DNA of 64,000 nucleotides from Balamuthia mandrillaris (Eukaryota): the NCBI GenBank assembly GCA_031835245.2, contig JAVKOQ020000021.1:186001-250000 (forward strand), read 5' to 3'. Positions 59,596 through 64,000 of the stretch are shown here, in pieces (positions within the stretch are counted from its first letter, which is position 1; the number at the start of each line of letters is the position of its first letter). A program made the position numbers and the translations under genes. The notes below the pieces were generated by a model that saw only the letters and a program-made list of their open reading frames with translations, did not search any database and had not been told where the DNA came from.

Positions 59596-60271
59596 TTAGA
59601 ACCCAGGCAGATACCCACGGCCGCGGCAATCAGGGCAAGGACCCTTGTAATGGAGCTCGTTCTGTTCGCAAGGACCAAACGTTCCTTTGCCTCCTTTCCC
59701 TCCACAGGTGTTGCAGGGCACCACGGAGCAAGGCACAGCTCCACTGCCTTCGCAACAAGGGCAGTCCCCTTTACGATGGATGGAACCTTGCTCGCATGCG
59801 CCAAACGTGCCCCACGCTCCCTTGCCGTCGCACTTGGGACACTTGCCTCCCCTTCCAAGTCCTCCTTGTTGAGAACCGCCGAACATTCCCCATTGCTGTT
59901 GTGGGTAAGCAGGCAGGTAGCCTTTTCCGTTACAGGAGGAACAGTCCCCCTTCCGGTGGATGTCGTGCTGCTCGCAGGGTCCAAAGGTTCCTTTTCCTCC
60001 CTTGCCCTCGCACTGTTTGCACTTGTTCACGGGGTAATCCAACACGCCGCGCCCTTCGCAGCAACGGCAATCCCCCTTGCGATGTATGTCACCCTGCTGG
60101 CAAGCGCCAAAGGTACCCCACCCACCTTTCCCGTCGCATTTGGGGCATTCAACTCCTTGGCTGATTGGCGAATGAGGAAGGAGAGAGAGAGAGGATAGAA
60201 TGAGGTTAACAAAAACGTATATAAATAACAATAATAAAGCAAAAAAAAAACCTCATAGGAGCTTTCCGCAT
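59596..60271 (-). CDS. CxxCxGxG zinc-finger repeat protein (DnaJ Cys-rich-like, no J-domain), 2 exons
   Basis: Four units C..C.GKG..GTFG.C.Q...H.KG.C..C.G.G; short first exon (ATG at 60271 or 60256). Confidence 0.75.
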
Positions 60272-60923
60272 GCTTTGTTGAGGACCGCCCGTTGCTCCTT
60301 GTTGAGCACTGAGAACCAATTCCGCTTTTAGTTTGTTCAAGAAGCTTTTTAACATTGTGAATGTTTGCTGGTTTGTTATGTATTCTTCCTTCCGGTGATG
60401 TCCGAAGAAAAACCAAACACATCACTTTATATGCCTTTCAGTTTCGAGGTTGACCCACGAAACGCCGTTTTCCGTTTTCTCCCAACCCCCTTTCGTGATT
60501 GCCACCTGCCTGGGGCTCCTCTCTGATGGATGAATTCGATTGGCTCCCATGGTGCTAATAATATACAAATGCAACGTGGTGACCACCGAAAGACCGTTTC
60601 TCCTCGAGGTTTGCGCATCAGACCTACAAACGCCACGAGAACCAGGAGAGTTAGAGTTTCATGGCTAGGGGTTCGTAGCAAGAGGAAAGCAGCTGGCTAC
60701 CACGGTGAACATGCTACGATACCACTGGAGAAGGTCTGTTAGCCTCTCACCTTTCTATTTGCTTCCCAGGTGGTCGTTGTTTTACACGCGGAGAGAATGC
60801 TCTCTATTGACCTCGCCTTTGCTCGCTCCGTTGTAATCCAGGATGGTGAGTCACGCGTTGCCTCTTCTCTTGCATGAGATTAGTTTACAAACTCATCACA
60901 TTGATTCATTTATTCTCAGCAAA

Positions 60924-62050
60924 TCAAACAGCATCATAGGATTGGCCTCGCAAGCGAGCCACCCCAGCCTTTGCTTTGTCGAAACAGAAGACGCAGCCAT
61001 CCTTCACGTAGCCTGGCAGCGCCTTCCAAAACTCGAGATTGGGGACGAGGTGCAAGCCTGACTCCCTCTTGCCGAACTTCTGGTAGGCCACTCCACCTAC
61101 AAGGTAAACCACCACCACGCCCGACAAGCTTTTTTTGTTAGTTGCACCAGAACATTGTGGTTAGAAATAGAACAACTGCGACCGTGAAGAAAGGGAAAGA
61201 GAAGCGACGAAAGATAACGAGAAAGAGAAGATGATGGAAAGCTTCCACGAACAATAAAGAATGGAGACCAAATGAAGAGGAGAACAGGAGAGATACAAAG
61301 AGAGGCATAGCACAGCAGACAAACAACGAAGAAAAGGAACTGAAATTACTATAACAACAACAAACCTAATGAGGAAAATCCAGCCACCAGCGAGCCCATC
61401 ATTGTCACCTCCCGCGATAGGGCCTGATACAGGACAAGCAAAACGGCTGGTGAACCTGAAGTTATAGGTAAACTGGGGCTGCTCCACCGGATTGAGGCAC
61501 TCGAACCGGGCTTTGTCCTTGCCCATGGCCTTGTCGCAGACGAATTCGATTACGGAAGCTCGCCTGTCATAGCCGCCCGTGAATTGAATCCAGAAACCTG
61601 TTCCTGCCTCGGCCCGTTCTTTGAGAGCTTTTCCTTGGTCTAAGGCGCCTATGCCCATTGCGGTGTCTGTTTTGTTGTTTTGTTCCCATTGAAGAAGAAG
61701 ATTTTTTGTGTTTTGAGAGGAACAACGGATGAAACGATATCAGAGTAAGAAGGGACAATGGTTAAGCGGGACAAACCTTTCTGACAGGCGGTTTGGGCAG
61801 AGCCAGCGTTGCACTTGGCGCTCTTCACTTCAGCGCAAGGGGCAAATATGAACTCATACATGCTTCCCGTACACTTAAACTCCCCCAATGCCTTGGCGTT
61901 CCTGAAGTCATACGCAAAACCGGAGGGAAAGGATAGCTGGCAGCTGTGTGGGTTAGCTTGGGCGTACGTCATGGTCCTCGGTAGCAAGAGCAGCATCGCC
62001 AGGGATGCTGCGGCCATAAAGCACGACGGCCAGGCAAAGATGTTCCTCAT
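60924..62050 (-). CDS. Mannose-6-phosphate receptor / ATG27-like type I membrane protein, 3 exons
   Basis: Signal peptide, MRH Cys pattern (YDF, FAPC, ACQ, FVCD, YNFRFTSRFACP), TM GWIFLI..YLVGGVAY, PNLEFWKALPGYVKDGC, C-terminal YDAV sorting motif. Confidence 0.88.
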
Positions 62051-62320
62051 CCCCGTGAACCAATGGCTGTTCGGCTCCGTCAAGGTCCCTGGTGCAAAGC
62101 TGCGGCTGACCGGACCTAATGTTGCGGTTTATCGGCGTTTTACTTATTTTGGTGAGCTCCTTAGCATTCGACGTATAACGAGAGATAGGGAGAGGTGCTG
62201 GTGAGATAATAGCGGGGAGTTATGCGTTGAGCGTTGAGGAATGAATGAGGAAGATGAGGACAAAGAGGAACGGGAAGAGAAGGAGATGATGGAGCGATAC
62301 GCAAACAAGAAATTGGTTTC

Positions 62321-63993
62321 TTATTCAGAAGAAGAAGAACAAGAAGAAGAAGAAAGAGAGAGAAGCAGTTGTTCGCATTGTTGAGCGAATGGCCGATGCC
62401 CCATTCGTTGGAAGGCTTCCATCGCGGCAGTTGCGCGTCGCACTCGTTTGGCGTTGTCATCGGAAGAGGGAAGAGGAAAACGAGCTTTGGCGAGACGAAC
62501 CAGCGCTCTCTCAACTGGAAGAAAGTTTGGCGCGCTTTTATACAGTTTCCTTGTTTGGTTCCAACAAAGGTGTGCCTTTATAAAAAGAGCTATTAAACCC
62601 TTGATTGGAGACAGGCAGGGAAGAGAGAAGCAGAGAAAGGAGAAGAGGAGGAGAGACAAACCTTTTCAATCATTCCAGAAAGAGCAAAGAACATGCCTTG
62701 GGCGTACCATGCTGCACATCTTCCCAGTTTAAATATGGCACTCATCTTCCAAAATACATCCAACACAAACTCACACTTTCTCATACAATCCTCCAATTTA
62801 TCCTCTGCTCCTTCCTTCTCTTTCTGAGCGATTTCATACTCCCACAACGCGGTGCTCTCCTCGAAAGCGAGCTGAATAGGAACCATTATCCTTATTTGTT
62901 GCAGGAAGGTATCTTCCCAGAGAGAAAGAGCGCGGTCAAAGTTCTCTCGAACGGCGTCCATTTGTCCGTTGGCCAAATGCCAATAAGCCACGCGAAGCAA
63001 GTAAGCGAAATGGATGGAAGGGCTTATCGTGTGCAGTTTCTTTTCCACCATTTCTGTGTTGTAACGCTCCACTGATTGCCAGTCGCCCAGTCTTTCGGTG
63101 TTTTAAAGAGTTAGTCAAGAAAGAGTGAGAGAATGAGAGGAATGCACAAACCTAATGAGCAGCATCGTTTTCATACGAATAGCCGCTTCCTCATGAGTCT
63201 GATGCTTTCGCAGCTTGACATCTTCCAACAGCTCATCCGCCACGCGAATACCTCTCTCCAACTCTCCTTGCAAGTACAAGAAGTTGAGCAAGAAAGTTTT
63301 CGTGCTGTCACTCTCCAAGTGTTCACCCACTTCCGCCAAATCTTTTGCCATTTGTTCCAAACGTTCGATTGTATCTACGAGAGGGTTACCAGGAATGCCA
63401 GCAAAGAGGAATTGCATTCTCATCTCCAACATTGATTTCACCAAAAGCTTTTCTTTTCTCGATCGCATGATTTGGTGTTGTGCTTCCCCTTCACTTTCTT
63501 TATCGTTCTCTTTCTCTTCGAGGAGAGAGGTTGTGATATGTTGAACGAGAGAGTTGGATTTGCGTTGAAAAAGTTGCCTGAGCCAATTCCAATGATAACC
63601 AGCAAACTTTCCCCAGTTGTTGTAGAAACGGTTGACGTTGATGAGAACGAAAGAATAGGCTAAAGCTCGTTCCATAAGAATGTCGCATTGCTCAGCCAAA
63701 CATGAGAGTTGCAATGTTATTACGGTGAATATTTTGTTGTCCCACGATAGCAAGAATCCTGATCTATAGTAAAAAGGTGAGCCAAGGAAAAAAAAGAACA
63801 AAACACGAACGAAAAAATAAACAGCCGCAAGAACATACACCAAAAGTCGTTTGTAGGCTTCTAATAATTCCTTGGTGTGTGGATTGTCTTTAAATCTTCC
63901 GACAAACCGAGAGGGATACATGTGGTACAACAATACTTTCTTCAACAATTGATGAATCTCTGGAAGAATCAAGAGCGAGGAGAGGAAGAGCAT
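62321..63993 (-). CDS. 3' part of a large alpha-helical (TPR-like) protein, 5' end beyond the window
   Basis: Several helical exons joined by GT-AG introns; no catalytic motif visible. Confidence 0.55.
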
Positions 63994-64000
63994 TTTTAAT

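Overview
Gene-dense, intron-rich eukaryotic nuclear DNA. It carries about 24 protein genes or relics with GT-AG introns full of (CT)n, (CTT)n and (CTTT)n microsatellites, plus two tRNA-Met genes. The composition suggests a free-living amoebozoan such as Balamuthia, but this is inference only. Housekeeping genes recognised: XRN1, ARP2, a UBA1-type E1, NVL/Rix7, LACTB-like, CDK1/2-like, TMEM33, DUF1764, TSPO and an M6PR/ATG27-like receptor. The most striking item is a spliced gene at 47658-52211 that fuses a complete Rnl2-type RNA ligase to a BRCT-WGR-PARP module of PARP4 (vault PARP) type, a candidate RNA-repair/ADP-ribosylation enzyme. Other oddities: an intronless eEF2 paralog with decayed GTPase motifs but an intact diphthamide His; a lectin-like propeller fused to a TDP2-like nuclease; a ~225-nt structured orphan ncRNA candidate; a ZZ-finger micro-gene missed by the ORF track; a decaying tandem triplication; and recurrent promoter motifs. 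Gene models were spliced by eye, so some boundaries are approximate.
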